Assembly (NCBI GenBank): GCA_963813155.1
Contig: CAWEYG010000001.1
Span: forward strand, 224,001 to 288,000
Length of the DNA stretch: 64,000 nucleotides
Origin: an uncultured Acidobacteriota bacterium
GTDB taxonomy: Bacteria > Acidobacteriota > Thermoanaerobaculia > UBA5066 > DATFVB01
Direction: 5' to 3'
The notes under the pieces were generated by a model. The model saw only the letters and a program-made list of their open reading frames with translations. It had not been told where the DNA came from and did no database searches. Below are positions 40,817 to 51,228 of this stretch, piece after piece (position 1 is the first letter of the stretch; each line of letters begins with the position of its first letter). The position numbers and the translations under genes are program-made.

Positions 40817-42223
40817 TTGGGAAACCATCTCTCCGGGAGAATCGAATCCTTCGACCTCATCGATCTCGTCCAATGGCTGGAAGTGCGCCGCGTGTCCGGC
40901 CGGTTGACGCTGTCGAAGGGCGACGATCGGAAAACGATCGACTGGAAAGACGGCGACATCGTGTACGTCTCGGGCGGACGGCCCGCGGACCGGCTCGGCT
41001 ATTCCCTCCTGCGGTCGCGCGCGATCGACGTCTCCGGCCTCTACTCCGCCCTCGCCGAGAACCTCGTCGACGGGAAGAAACTGACCTACATCCTCCTCGA
41101 AAACAATCTCATCAGCCGCGAGCGGCTCGGCGGCGTGATCGAGACTCTCGCGAAGCGCCTCCTCCGCGAAGTGCTCACCTGGAGGAGAGGCCGCTTCGAA
41201 TTCGACCCGGATTTCCAGGCGGAAGACGTCCTTCAAATCCACCTCCGGCTCAAGGGGCAGGTCATCGCCTTCGAAGCGGTCAAGGAGATCGACGACACCG
41301 CGCGGACAGCCCGCGCCCCCTCCGAAGAAGAGGAGGGCGAGACCTGGGAGCAGCGGTTTCGGCCCGAATCCCTCGAAGAAGCGTTCTGGGAAATCCGCTG
41401 TCGTGTGACCGAAGAAGGCGACGTCGCGAAGGAAAAGGCGCGGTTCCTGTCTTTCCGGCGCTTCGGAAATGCCCTGCGAACCCGCCTGGCGGCCCCCCTC
41501 TCGTTTCTGCCGATCTACGAGGACAGCGCGCGGTATGCAGGCGAGCTGTTGCAAGGACCGGACGGACCCGAGACGGGCGAGAAGCTGCTCGGCCTCGTCG
41601 ATCTCGACCCGTTCTTCACGCTGAACCTGCTGTTACTCTCGAATTCTCTCGCGGTCGCGGGTATCCGGCGCGTCACGACGGCGAGGGAGTCTCGCCGCCG
41701 GATCGGCGACGCGGCATTTCGGGCATTCGTGGAGCGCCTCGCGTCCGCCCGTTCGGGCACTCGGTCCTCGGCGGACCCGGTTTCGCGCGTCCTGCGCCGG
41801 GCCGCTCTCGCAGCAGCTTTCGCGGCGCGGGCGTCGTCGAAGGACGACGTCGACCCGGAAGAGGCTTACGTCGCGGGGCTTCTGCACGCGACTCCCTATG
41901 CCGATCTTCTCGGCGCCGTCGAATCCGCCGCCCTGCCGCCGGGCGCGTTCCGTGCCGCTGCGGTCGAGTATTACCGGCCGGACGTCGGAAGGGTTCGAAG
42001 CGAAGCCTGGAGGCTGCCCGGTTCGCTCACCGCCGTCCTGTCGGACGCCGGGGAAAAGAATCCGCCGGCGCTCGTCGCGGCGGTCCGACAGGCGCGGAGC
42101 ACGATCCCGGGCTGCGCGATCGGCCCCCCTCCGGAATCGCCCCGAAGAGGCTCGGGACAACGCGCGGAGGTTCGCTCGGGCCTTCGGAGGGTCTTCGACC
42201 TCCTGGGTCTCGGAGAACCGTGA
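40817..42223 (+). CDS. DUF4388 plus degenerate HDOD domain protein
   Basis: LSGRIESFDLIDLVQWL...SGRL; W-x2-GRFEF; HDOD-like DPFFTLNLLLLSNS, AYVAGLLH, WRLP. Confidence 0.7.
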   Translation: MGNHLSGRIESFDLIDLVQWLEVRRVSGRLTLSKGDDRKTIDWKDGDIVYVSGGRPADRLGYSLLRSRAIDVSGLYSALAENLVDGKKLTYILLENNLISRERLGGVIETLAKRLLREVLTWRRGRFEFDPDFQAEDVLQIHLRLKGQVIAFEAVKEIDDTARTARAPSEEEEGETWEQRFRPESLEEAFWEIRCRVTEEGDVAKEKARFLSFRRFGNALRTRLAAPLSFLPIYEDSARYAGELLQGPDGPETGEKLLGLVDLDPFFTLNLLLLSNSLAVAGIRRVTTARESRRRIGDAAFRAFVERLASARSGTRSSADPVSRVLRRAALAAAFAARASSKDDVDPEEAYVAGLLHATPYADLLGAVESAALPPGAFRAAAVEYYRPDVGRVRSEAWRLPGSLTAVLSDAGEKNPPALVAAVRQARSTIPGCAIGPPPESPRRGSGQRAEVRSGLRRVFDLLGLGEP

Positions 42224-42254
42224 CCGGAACCCGAATGCCGGATACACTCACCGC

Positions 42255-43847
42255 GTGAAACACGGGTGGCTCCTCCTCCTCGCCGCGGCCCGGCTCGCGG
42301 CACAGTCGCCCGGAGCGGTTTCGGAGAGCGTCAACGTCCGGGTGATGGACATCGACGTCGTCGTGACCGAAAAGGATGGACGCCCCGTCTCCGACCTTCG
42401 AAGGGACGAGTTCCAGGTCCGCGTCGATCGAAAACCCGTGTCCATCGACTACTTCGCCTCCGTGCACGACTCCTCGGTCCACGCCCCTGATCTGACGACC
42501 CTTTCTCCCGACCTCGTCCTGAACCAGTTCGAAAAAGCCCGGGACGCCTATGTGCCGCGACATTTCCTGATCTTCTTCGACGCGAACCTTTCGCCGAACG
42601 GACGCCAGCGGACGGGCGAGGCGCTGAAAGACCTCGTGACCCGGCTCGGGCCATACGACGAGGCGCTCGTGCTCGCCGAAGGAGGGGTCCGCGTGGAAAT
42701 GCTGTCGGACTGGACCTCGAGCAAGGAAGCCCTTCTGTCTGCCCTCGATGCCGCCGAGAAACCCCGCCCGGAGACTCTCCGCCGGCTCGAGCGGGAACGC
42801 CAGGTGATCCGCGAAATCGACCTGACGAGCCAGGTGGGCGCCCGGGTCTCGCGGGCCCGAATGCACGAAGAGGAAGAGTATCGGGAGGTCGAGAGAATGA
42901 TCGTTCACCTGAACGATGCGCTCTCTCTCTTCGGGGGCAAACCGGGGAAAAAGGTCCTGCTCGACGTTTCCGGAGGATTCGAGCTCGAGCCCGGCTCGAC
43001 ACTGCTCGCCTACGCGGAGCAGAGCGAGGCTCCCACCCTGTCGTTCCGGAGGGACGTTTCGGCCGAGCTCCGGCGCGTGACCGAGCGCGCCAACGCGCTG
43101 GAAATCACGGTTTTCTCTTTCGACGCACGGGGCCTCATCGCCCCCGGAGCGGACGTCTCGAACGAAGCGCCGCTCGCCGCACGGTCCCTCTTCGCCCGGG
43201 AAGCGACCCAGGGAGGACTCGCGCTCCTCGCGGACGAAACGGGGGGAAAGGCCTACCTGAATCAGAACCGCTTCGAGCGGGCCCTGGAGAGCGTCTATCG
43301 GGAAGTCTCCTCGTACTACTCGCTCGGGGTGAACTTGAAGAATCTCCCGTCCGAGAATACCCACAAGCTCGAGGTCGCGGTCAGCCGGCCGGGACTGATC
43401 GTTCGGGCGCGGAAAACCTACACGGTCGAAACCGAGGACCAGAGGGTCGAGTCCCGCGTTCTCGCGACGCTTCTGACCGAGACGTCCTATGCCGACGTTT
43501 CCGTCTCTCTCCGGACTTCACCGGTCGAACGGGACAAAGCCGACTACGTTCTTCCCGTCCAGATCGAGATCCCCGCCCGAGATCTCACGTTCTTGCCCGA
43601 AGGAGACCGCGCTTCGGCGCGCGTCGCGTATTACCTGTCCGCGGTAAACGACCGGGGAGAGCGGACCGGAATCTCGAGAACCGAGCAGACCCTGACGATC
43701 CCTCTCAACGAATCCCGGTCGGGCCGCCCCGTTGGAGCCCGCATTCCGGTTCGTCTCGCGAAGGGAAATTACCGGATCGTGATCAACGTCCGCGACGCCG
43801 AATCGGGCCGCATGGGCACGGCCCGGACGAACGCGCGGGTGGAGTGA
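42255..43847 (+). CDS. Secreted VWA-domain protein (acidobacterial VWFA type)
   Basis: IDVVVTEKDGRPVSDLRRDEF, LADETGGKAY, SSYYSLG, VRARKTY. Confidence 0.85.
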   Translation: MKHGWLLLLAAARLAAQSPGAVSESVNVRVMDIDVVVTEKDGRPVSDLRRDEFQVRVDRKPVSIDYFASVHDSSVHAPDLTTLSPDLVLNQFEKARDAYVPRHFLIFFDANLSPNGRQRTGEALKDLVTRLGPYDEALVLAEGGVRVEMLSDWTSSKEALLSALDAAEKPRPETLRRLERERQVIREIDLTSQVGARVSRARMHEEEEYREVERMIVHLNDALSLFGGKPGKKVLLDVSGGFELEPGSTLLAYAEQSEAPTLSFRRDVSAELRRVTERANALEITVFSFDARGLIAPGADVSNEAPLAARSLFAREATQGGLALLADETGGKAYLNQNRFERALESVYREVSSYYSLGVNLKNLPSENTHKLEVAVSRPGLIVRARKTYTVETEDQRVESRVLATLLTETSYADVSVSLRTSPVERDKADYVLPVQIEIPARDLTFLPEGDRASARVAYYLSAVNDRGERTGISRTEQTLTIPLNESRSGRPVGARIPVRLAKGNYRIVINVRDAESGRMGTARTNARVE

Positions 43848-43856
43848 GATCGAGCA

Positions 43857-44210
43857 CTAGCCCTTGCGGGGCACTTTGACGAGGGCGAACCGGCTGCCGT
43901 GGGCGCTGCGGTCCGCCTCGCGCTTCAGGTAATCGATCAGGCGGTCAGCCCGCTGCTGCAGGCTCTCCAGCCGCTCTTTCATGTTGAGGATGACTTCGAC
44001 CCCCGCCAGGTTCACGCCGAGATCCCGCGTCAGCGTGAGGACGATCTCGAGCCTCTCGATCGTCTCCTGGCCGTAGAGCCGCGTGTTTCCCTCCGTCCGG
44101 TCGGGACGGATCAGCCCTTCCCGCTCGTACATGCGAAGGGTCTGCGGATGGATCGAGTAACGGCGCGCGATCTCTCCAATCAAGACCGCGCCCGAACGCC
44201 GGGCGGTCAT
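43857..44210 (-). CDS. hspR: MerR-family heat-shock repressor HspR
   Basis: IHPQTLRMYEREGLIRPDRTEGNTRLY...LGVNLAGVEVIL; last gene of the dnaK operon. Confidence 0.88.
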   Translation of the reverse strand: MTARRSGAVLIGEIARRYSIHPQTLRMYEREGLIRPDRTEGNTRLYGQETIERLEIVLTLTRDLGVNLAGVEVILNMKERLESLQQRADRLIDYLKREADRSAHGSRFALVKVPRKG

Positions 44211-44662
44211 GCGTGCTCCCGGCCGGACTTCGGCGTTCCCGGATCGGACGCCTTGGGCGCCGTGATCGTCAGCACACCGGATTTGAGAGAGGCGGAGATC
44301 GTCTCGGGGTCGATCCCGCTCGGAATCTCGAATTCGCGGACGAACTCCCCGTAGACCCGTTCCATTCGGAGAAAGCGGCTCGAGGAATCCGCCTCGGGCC
44401 GGGTGCCGGAAACTCGCAGTTTCCGGCCGTGGACTTCCAGCTTCACGTCCGAGAGCGTCACGCCGGGGATCTCGACCTGGAAAACGTATTCTCCCGCCGA
44501 CTCATATGCATCGGCGGCCGGCGACCAGAGGGACTCGGACCGTTCCGCCGGCGCCTCGAGGAACTCGCGCCGGTAAAGAGTCTCCTCGAAGAGCCGGTTC
44601 ATCTTCTCCTGAATCGCGATCAACTCCTGCATCGAGTTCCAGGGGAACGTCGCCATCGCCAC
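44207..44662 (-). CDS. Hsp20/alpha-crystallin small heat-shock protein
   Basis: WSPAADAYE, EIPGV, ERVYGEFVREF, ASLKSGVLTITAPK. Confidence 0.9.
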   Translation of the reverse strand: MAMATFPWNSMQELIAIQEKMNRLFEETLYRREFLEAPAERSESLWSPAADAYESAGEYVFQVEIPGVTLSDVKLEVHGRKLRVSGTRPEADSSSRFLRMERVYGEFVREFEIPSGIDPETISASLKSGVLTITAPKASDPGTPKSGREHA

Positions 44663-44677
44663 ACCTCCGGAGCACGA

Positions 44678-46585
44678 TCAGTTCTTGTCGCTGTCCACGT
44701 ACTCCGCGTCGATGACTTGGTCCTCTTCGCGGGCCGCCCCGGAAGGCGGCGCCTGGGTCTGGCCTTCCGGGTTCGCGCCGCCCGCGGCCGCGCCTTTGTA
44801 CATCGCCTCGGCGAGGCGGTGGGAGGCCTTCTCAAGGCTCTCGCGGGCCGCCTTCATGCGATCCGTGTCTCCCGATTCGAGAGCGCTCTTGGCCGAGGCC
44901 AGCTCCTCGTCGAGCGCTTTCGCGTCGCTCTCCGGGAGTTTCGAGCGGTTTTCGGACAGGGTCTTTTCCGTGTTGTAGACAAGCGAATCGAGATGATTCC
45001 TCGTCTCGATTTCCGCCCGGCGCTTCTGGTCCTCTTCCGAGTGGGACTGCGCGTCCTTGACCATCTTGTCGATGTCGTCCTTGGACAGGCCCGACGACGC
45101 CGTGATCGTGATCTTTTGTTCCTTGCCCGTCCCGAGGTCCTTCGCGGACACGTTCAGGATTCCGTTCGCGTCGATGTCGAAGGTCACCTCGACCTGGGGA
45201 ACGCCGCGCGGAGCCGACGGAATGCCGATCAGGTGAAACACGCCGAGAGGCTTGTTGTCCCTGGCCATCTCGCGCTCGCCCTGGAGCACCTTGATTTCCA
45301 CCGACGTCTGGTTGTCCGACGCGGTCGAAAAGACTTCGCTCTTCCGCGTCGGAATCGTCGTGTTGCGCTCGATCAGCCGGGTCGAAACGCCGCCAAGAGT
45401 CTCGATTCCGAGAGAAAGCGGCGTCACGTCGAGGAGGAGCAGGTCTTTCACGTCGCCCGCCAGAACACCGCCCTGGATCGCGGCGCCGATCGCCACGACT
45501 TCGTCGGGATTCACGCCCTTGTGCGGCTCCTTCCCGAAGAGCTCCTTGACGATCTGCTGAATTCTCGGCATGCGCGTCTGACCGCCGACGAGAACGACCT
45601 CGTCGATGTCTTTCGCTTCGACGCCCGCGTCCTTCATCGCCTGCCGGCACGGCCCGACGCTGCGCTGCACGATATCCTCGACGAGCTGCTCCAGCTTCGA
45701 CCGGGAGAGCTTCAACTGGAGATGTTTCGGCCCGCTCGCGTCCGCGGTGATGAAGGGCAGATTCAGATCCGTTTCGAGCGTCGAGGAAAGCTCGATTTTC
45801 GCCTTTTCGGCAGCCTCTTTCAGGCGCTGCATGGCCATCGCGTCCTTCGCGAGGTCGATTCCCTGATCCTTCTTGAACTCCTCGAGGATCCAGTCGACGA
45901 TGCGCTGGTCGACGTTGTCACCGCCGAGATGGGTGTCTCCGTTGGTCGACTTGACCTCGACGACGCCCTCCCCCACTTCCAGAATCGAGATGTCGAACGT
46001 GCCGCCGCCGAAATCGTACACGGCGATCGTCTCGTCTTTCTTCTTGTCCAGGCCGTACGCGAGGGCGGCGGCCGTCGGCTCGTTGACGAGCCGCTCGACC
46101 GTCAGGCCGGCGATCTGCCCCGCGTCCTTCGTCGCCTGCCGCTGGGAGTCGTTGAAATAGGCGGGCACCGTGATGACGGCCCGGGTGACCTTTTCGCCCA
46201 GGTGGGCTTCGGCGGCCTCCTTCAGCTTCTGAAGGATCATCGCCGAGATCTCCGGGGGAGAGAACTGGCGTTCGCCGGCGTCGATCCGGACGTCCCCGTT
46301 GTCGGCCTTTGCGACCTTGTAGGGGACCATCTTCATCTCCTCGTTGACCTCGGAGAATTTTCGACCCATGAAACGCTTGATCGAGAAAATGGTGTTCGTC
46401 GGATTCGTCACCGCCTGCCGCTTCGCGACCTGCCCGACGAGCCGTTCGCCCGTCTTGGAAAACGACACGATCGACGGCGTCGTTCGATTCCCTTCCGCGT
46501 TCGCGATCACGACCGGATCGCCCCCCTCCATGACGGCGACGACCGAATTCGTGGTCCCGAGATCGATTCCGATGATTTTGGCCAT
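44678..46585 (-). CDS. dnaK: Chaperone DnaK
   Basis: [34 protein letters not shown]. Confidence 0.98.
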   Translation of the reverse strand: MAKIIGIDLGTTNSVVAVMEGGDPVVIANAEGNRTTPSIVSFSKTGERLVGQVAKRQAVTNPTNTIFSIKRFMGRKFSEVNEEMKMVPYKVAKADNGDVRIDAGERQFSPPEISAMILQKLKEAAEAHLGEKVTRAVITVPAYFNDSQRQATKDAGQIAGLTVERLVNEPTAAALAYGLDKKKDETIAVYDFGGGTFDISILEVGEGVVEVKSTNGDTHLGGDNVDQRIVDWILEEFKKDQGIDLAKDAMAMQRLKEAAEKAKIELSSTLETDLNLPFITADASGPKHLQLKLSRSKLEQLVEDIVQRSVGPCRQAMKDAGVEAKDIDEVVLVGGQTRMPRIQQIVKELFGKEPHKGVNPDEVVAIGAAIQGGVLAGDVKDLLLLDVTPLSLGIETLGGVSTRLIERNTTIPTRKSEVFSTASDNQTSVEIKVLQGEREMARDNKPLGVFHLIGIPSAPRGVPQVEVTFDIDANGILNVSAKDLGTGKEQKITITASSGLSKDDIDKMVKDAQSHSEEDQKRRAEIETRNHLDSLVYNTEKTLSENRSKLPESDAKALDEELASAKSALESGDTDRMKAARESLEKASHRLAEAMYKGAAAGGANPEGQTQAPPSGAAREEDQVIDAEYVDSDKN

Positions 46586-46624
46586 GAGCCTTGTCCTCCT
46601 CGCTCTGAATTCTGACCCGAAGGC

Positions 46625-46690
46625 AGGATAGAACATGAGCCATGCAATGTCAATAGGGGTTTGAATTAATATAAGCCTACATAGCTAAGA
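46625..46690 (-). promoter_or_regulatory. dnaK promoter overlapped by HAIR-like HspR operators
   Basis: TTGACA(46653-46648)-N17-TATCCT(46630-46625). ATTGACA-N7-GCTCATG and the weaker TCTTAGC-N7-GCTTATA compare with HAIR CTTGAGT-N7-ACTCAAG. Confidence 0.7.
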
Positions 46691-46695
46691 TTAGC

Positions 46696-47985
46696 TCATC
46701 GAACGATATCGATTCTGATATTGCTATCACCGGATACATCGTTTGTTTTCCTGTGTTTAAGTATGGCTGCCCCCTCGGATACCGGGTCGAGCGTCCGACT
46801 GACTGAGAGGTTCGGATCCAGGACGCCCGTCGATGTCTTGCCGTAGAGATCGTACTTGTCGTCCCTGCTGCGCAGAATGTAGCGATAGTCCCCGAACTCG
46901 CCCCTCGGAAGGGAGTAGTCCTCCAGAATCGATACCGAGCCCAGCCTCGAAAGGTTCTCCGGGTAGGAACCCTGGCTCAGGTAGTACAACTCGATGCCCC
47001 GGTCGACCCGCTGGAGGCGCGAGACGGAAATCGAATTCTCGAGCGACGAGAGAAAGCCGCCCGGGCGCGACGAGCGGAGGAAGATGTTGGCGGGGTTCTT
47101 CGGGAGAAACACGGCGGAAAACACACCGAGTCCGAGCAGCGCGACCGCCAGAGCTGCCACCGGCAGGGCTCGCGACGGTTCGCGAAACACCGGCGCCACG
47201 ATCCGCTCGGCTGCCGACGGCGTGCCCGTGGACGCCGGCCGGGCCACCGCGACGAGCAGCTGGCGTCCGATCAGCTGATCCATCGCCTTGACGACATCGA
47301 AGTCCGAGAGAAACGTCGATTCGGTGATTTCGGCCACCGTTCGCACGCCGTCGACCAGCTTCCACACGATCGCCTCTTCCCGCGACACGAGCAGCTCCCC
47401 CGGCTGAGGGCCCGACTCCGTCGACACGAGGGAGAGCGATTCGGTACCTGGCGCCCGCCGGAAGACGAGATCCGTCGAAGGGATTCGCGCCTCGATGAGC
47501 GGCCACTCGTCGCTCATTCGCGCGGCCTCCATCAGGATGTTCTCCGTGGCAACGGGCGTGAAGTGATCGGAATCGTAGTCGACCGAGCTCTCCTGCGAAA
47601 AGAAGTACCGGCCGTCTTTCCAGCGAAACAGCCGGTAAATCAGATTGAGGATCTGCGTGCGAAGGGCGACGCGAAGGTCGTCGGCGGAAATCGCCTTGCG
47701 GGCCAGCAGCGCGGAACCCAGGCGCTGCTTCGATCGGCGTTGCTCTTCGAGGGCGCGGTTCAGGATGTCGGGAGTGATCTTGCCGGCACGAACGAGAAGG
47801 CTCCCCACGCGATTTTCGAACGGGCGCTTCACCGAATCCGCCGCGACCACGCGCCCGTCCACGAAGGAAACGAGGACCGTGTCCTGCTCTCCCTCGACGG
47901 TGAGAACTCCGGTCTTGCGCTGGTATCCGATCAACTGAAGAATCTCGCCCAGCGAAAAGTCGCGAAGGGTTCCTCGGAGTGCCAT
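46696..47985 (-). CDS. DUF4388 membrane protein with a pseudopilin-like C-terminal segment
   Basis: MALRGTLRDFSLGEILQLIGYQRKTGVL; WKDGRYFF; TM; IELYYLSQGSYPENLSRL. Confidence 0.75.
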   Translation of the reverse strand: MALRGTLRDFSLGEILQLIGYQRKTGVLTVEGEQDTVLVSFVDGRVVAADSVKRPFENRVGSLLVRAGKITPDILNRALEEQRRSKQRLGSALLARKAISADDLRVALRTQILNLIYRLFRWKDGRYFFSQESSVDYDSDHFTPVATENILMEAARMSDEWPLIEARIPSTDLVFRRAPGTESLSLVSTESGPQPGELLVSREEAIVWKLVDGVRTVAEITESTFLSDFDVVKAMDQLIGRQLLVAVARPASTGTPSAAERIVAPVFREPSRALPVAALAVALLGLGVFSAVFLPKNPANIFLRSSRPGGFLSSLENSISVSRLQRVDRGIELYYLSQGSYPENLSRLGSVSILEDYSLPRGEFGDYRYILRSRDDKYDLYGKTSTGVLDPNLSVSRTLDPVSEGAAILKHRKTNDVSGDSNIRIDIVR

Positions 47986-47987
47986 CG

Positions 47988-49880
47988 TTACGACCAGGTC
48001 GCCCGGATATTCGCGCCGAGCCAGAGCGCGAAGGCCAGCGTGCCGGCAATCGCCTCGCGCCAGGGGTAGAGCGGCCGCGACGGAAGCGAGCGGATCGGGA
48101 AGAGCCGGCCGGCCAGAAAGGCCAGCGCGAGAAAGAAAAAGAACACGAGGAAAACTCCGAACCCGAAGGCCGGCTGTCCGCGGGAGATCCGGCTCGCTCC
48201 CGGAAGCAGCAGGGAGAGGAACCTGCGCTCGCGCTGCCGGATCTTCTGCTGTCTTCTCGTCTCGCTCGAGTGGGCGACTTTCGCGGCGATGTCGGCGCCC
48301 TCTTTGGTCACGAAGAGCCGGACGCACTCTTTGCAGAAAGCCGCCGCGCTTCCGCGGGGTTTGCATCGCCGGCAGAACGTCCCGCCGCACCGGACGCATT
48401 CTTCGGCTCCGAATCCGTTGGAGCGCAGGATTGCGCCGATCAGCGCCCCGAGGAGTATGGCGGCCCACGGGCCGAGCGCCGGAACCGAAGTGAAGACCTC
48501 CGCGGCCGACGGTTCGTGGCCGATTCCGGGGAGGACCTGGCTCTTGGGCTCGCGGCCCCAGCGGCGTGACCGCGCCGCGGCCTCCTCCACGGAATAGTCG
48601 AGGCTCAACACCCGAGCGAGCGTCGGCGATTCGATCCACCGGTCCACGTCGCGCGGGGAAAGACGCCGGGCGTTCGCCAGCGACTCCTTCTGCTGGTCGA
48701 AGAGGTACGAATCCCCCTGGGCCACGCTGAGGTTGTAGAAGGCGAGCGCGGAGGCCGGCTTCGCCTGCAGGCCGTTGCGATAGTCCGTGATCGCCTCGCT
48801 CAGGTCCCCCTGCCAGAAATGGATGTTCCCCATGGCGATCATGGTTCGAAAATTCCCCGGATCATTCTTCAGTGCCTTCGCGTAGTCCGCCGAGGCTTCG
48901 TCATAATCGTCCCGGCGCTGCGCGAAGCGCCCGAGGAGGTACCAGACATCCGCGTCTTCGGGGAAGATCTGCGACGCGCGCCGGAGGAGATCGACTGAGC
49001 CGCCCTCCTCTCGCTTCTCATTGAGGTCGATGGCCGCCGAGACCAGCGGCGACCGCGCGACCAGGTTTTCGTCGGCGATCATCTGAAAGGCGGGGCCAAT
49101 CAGGCCCACGACGGCCAGGGCCGTCCACAGAACGAACCGTTCGCCGGCTTCGGCATAGAGGGACACGAGAATCGACCAGTACAGAAAGAGCCAGAGCGGT
49201 CCGAATGAAAGCCAGAGCGGCAACCCCAGAACGGCCGCCGCCACGAGTGCGGCGCCCCGCGACCCGAAGGCGGGCACGGATCGCTCCTTCAGGTCGTGCA
49301 GAAGCAGCCGGACGTAACGGATGAGGAGGGCGAGAATGAGCGCGGCCGTCGCGGCGGCGATCGATGTCGCGAGGAGAATCGCGACGTTGGACAGGAACTC
49401 CCGCCGGGACTCCTGCGCGCGAGCGAGCGCCTCGGCGCTCGCCGCGATCGCGGAAGCAGATTTCGCGTATTCGCGGCGGCTCAGGTAGATTTTCGCGCGT
49501 TCCCAGCGCGCGTCCAGCAGGTCGGGGTCCAGCTGAATGGCGGCGTCGAGAGCGAGGTTCGCCCGGGACTTCTTTCCGAGCTTCTCCGCGAGCCGCGCCT
49601 GCTGGAGAGCGGCTCGCGAAAAATCCGACAGCCGAGAGAGCCCCACCCGGTCCGCGGTCTTGAGAATGTCGGCGAGGGCCAGCCGCGCCGAGGGGAGGTC
49701 GTCGTCGTTCAGGGCCGACTGAAACTCGAACCATCTGCCGCGAAGACCGGATCTCGTCGCGGGCGGTGGAAGCGGCGCCACCATCTCTTCGGAAGCGGGA
49801 GGGGGCGGGGCCGGCGCCGGGTTGCCGGCGCGCAGCGGCGCGCTCGCCAGGAGGAGCAGGGCCGACAGAAGTTTGCGCAT
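47988..49880 (-). CDS. TPR-containing integral membrane protein with a Cys-rich (zinc-finger-like) segment
   Basis: Signal peptide, TPRs (ADVWYLLG, AFYNLS), several TMs, CVRCGGTFCRRC...FCKEC. Confidence 0.75.
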   Translation of the reverse strand: MRKLLSALLLLASAPLRAGNPAPAPPPPASEEMVAPLPPPATRSGLRGRWFEFQSALNDDDLPSARLALADILKTADRVGLSRLSDFSRAALQQARLAEKLGKKSRANLALDAAIQLDPDLLDARWERAKIYLSRREYAKSASAIAASAEALARAQESRREFLSNVAILLATSIAAATAALILALLIRYVRLLLHDLKERSVPAFGSRGAALVAAAVLGLPLWLSFGPLWLFLYWSILVSLYAEAGERFVLWTALAVVGLIGPAFQMIADENLVARSPLVSAAIDLNEKREEGGSVDLLRRASQIFPEDADVWYLLGRFAQRRDDYDEASADYAKALKNDPGNFRTMIAMGNIHFWQGDLSEAITDYRNGLQAKPASALAFYNLSVAQGDSYLFDQQKESLANARRLSPRDVDRWIESPTLARVLSLDYSVEEAAARSRRWGREPKSQVLPGIGHEPSAAEVFTSVPALGPWAAILLGALIGAILRSNGFGAEECVRCGGTFCRRCKPRGSAAAFCKECVRLFVTKEGADIAAKVAHSSETRRQQKIRQRERRFLSLLLPGASRISRGQPAFGFGVFLVFFFFLALAFLAGRLFPIRSLPSRPLYPWREAIAGTLAFALWLGANIRATWS

Positions 49881-49895
49881 CGGCCGCGAAACGCC

Positions 49896-50360
49896 TTACC
49901 GCGAAACGGGCCGTGCGGGACCGCTCGCCTCGACGAAAGCCAGGCGCAACTCGTAGAGCACCCGCGACAGCAGGTTCTGCTCCGAGAAGGACAGATGGGT
50001 TCGCGTCTTGCGCTCGAGCATGGAGAGCCAGTCGATGAAGCGGCGCGCGCCGGCGAGATCGACCGACGCCTTCGCTCCCGGCTCGGCGAGCAGTCCGAGC
50101 GACGCGTACGCGCTCGTGGCGAGCGAGCGGACGAGGTCGAGGAATTCCGTTTCCGCTCCCGAGTCGGCCTCGGGCTCCGGGCCGGGCCCCTCCTCGCCTT
50201 CGGGAGGCTCGCTCTTCGGAGATTCCGCGACCGGAGGGGCCGCGACCGGAGGGAGGGGATCCGGAGCGTTCTCCAGCTCCTGGTACTCGGGCTTCAACCT
50301 CCCGTCGGGAGTGAACATCCGAAAATCGGAGACCTTGAGAGGCTTTTGTTCGTCCGCCAC
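49896..50360 (-). CDS. DUF1844 family protein
   Basis: FLDLVRSLA...LG...DLAGARRFIDWLSMLERKT...LYELRLAFV; GTG start with SD GAGGTG. Confidence 0.8.
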   Translation of the reverse strand: MADEQKPLKVSDFRMFTPDGRLKPEYQELENAPDPLPPVAAPPVAESPKSEPPEGEEGPGPEPEADSGAETEFLDLVRSLATSAYASLGLLAEPGAKASVDLAGARRFIDWLSMLERKTRTHLSFSEQNLLSRVLYELRLAFVEASGPARPVSR

Positions 50361-50433
50361 CGGCACCTCGAAGACTGGCGAGAAGAGTAGCATCCTCCTC
50401 CGTCGCGCGGCAAGGCGCTAGACTCTTGCCACC

Positions 50434-51228
50434 ATGCCCGACTCGATCGAACGCCTTCTGCTCCTCGTGGAGCGGCTTCGCCGCGAATGTCCGTGGGACC
50501 GGGAACAGACGTTCGCGACCGTCCAGACCTTCCTGCTCGAGGAGGCTCACGAGGTCCTCGAAGCGCTCGACCGGGAGAGCCCGGATCAGCTCCGCGGAGA
50601 GCTCGGCGATCTTCTCTTCCAGATCCTGTTTCTCTCGCGGCTCGCCCAGGAGCGGGGCTGGTTCGGCATCGAAGACGTCGCTTGTTCGATCGAGAAGAAA
50701 ATGATCGAGCGCCATCCCCACGTCTTCGGCACGGAAAAAGCATCGGACGCCTCGGAGGTCAAGGCCAGCTGGGAGAAGCGGAAGCGCGAGGGCCGGGACC
50801 CGAAGAGCGATCCTCTCGGAACCGTCCCGAAGGCGCTGCCGTCGCTCTCGGCCGCCCTGCGAATGAGCGAGCGAGCCGCGGACCTCGGATTCGACTGGGA
50901 ACGCGACTCGGACCTTCTCGCGAAGGTCGAGGAGGAGATCGGCGAAGCCCGGCGCGAGGCGGAGCTGGGAAACACCGTGGGGAGCGAGGAAGAGCTCGGC
51001 GACCTGCTCTTCGCCCTCGCGAACTGGGGGCGGAAACGGAAGATCGACCCGGAACGCGCCCTGCGGCGCGCGAACGAAAAATTCCGGCGGCGATTTCACC
51101 GGGTTGCGGAGCTCGCTCACGAAGAGGGTCGAGACGTTTCGGGGTGCTCCGCGCCGGAGCTCGACGCATTCTGGAATCGCGTCAAGGAAGAGGAGAAGTC
51201 CGCAACTCCGAAACCCGGCACGCCGTAA
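50434..51228 (+). CDS. mazG: Nucleoside triphosphate pyrophosphohydrolase MazG
   Basis: CPWDREQT, EEAHE, ELGDLLFQ, RHPHVFG, GFDW, ANEKFRRRF. Confidence 0.93.
   Translation: MPDSIERLLLLVERLRRECPWDREQTFATVQTFLLEEAHEVLEALDRESPDQLRGELGDLLFQILFLSRLAQERGWFGIEDVACSIEKKMIERHPHVFGTEKASDASEVKASWEKRKREGRDPKSDPLGTVPKALPSLSAALRMSERAADLGFDWERDSDLLAKVEEEIGEARREAELGNTVGSEEELGDLLFALANWGRKRKIDPERALRRANEKFRRRFHRVAELAHEEGRDVSGCSAPELDAFWNRVKEEEKSATPKPGTP

Noticed and set aside
50434-51228. mazG as an anti-phage or toxin-antitoxin component
   Set aside because: Ordinary two-domain housekeeping MazG with no mazEF or defence genes nearby.
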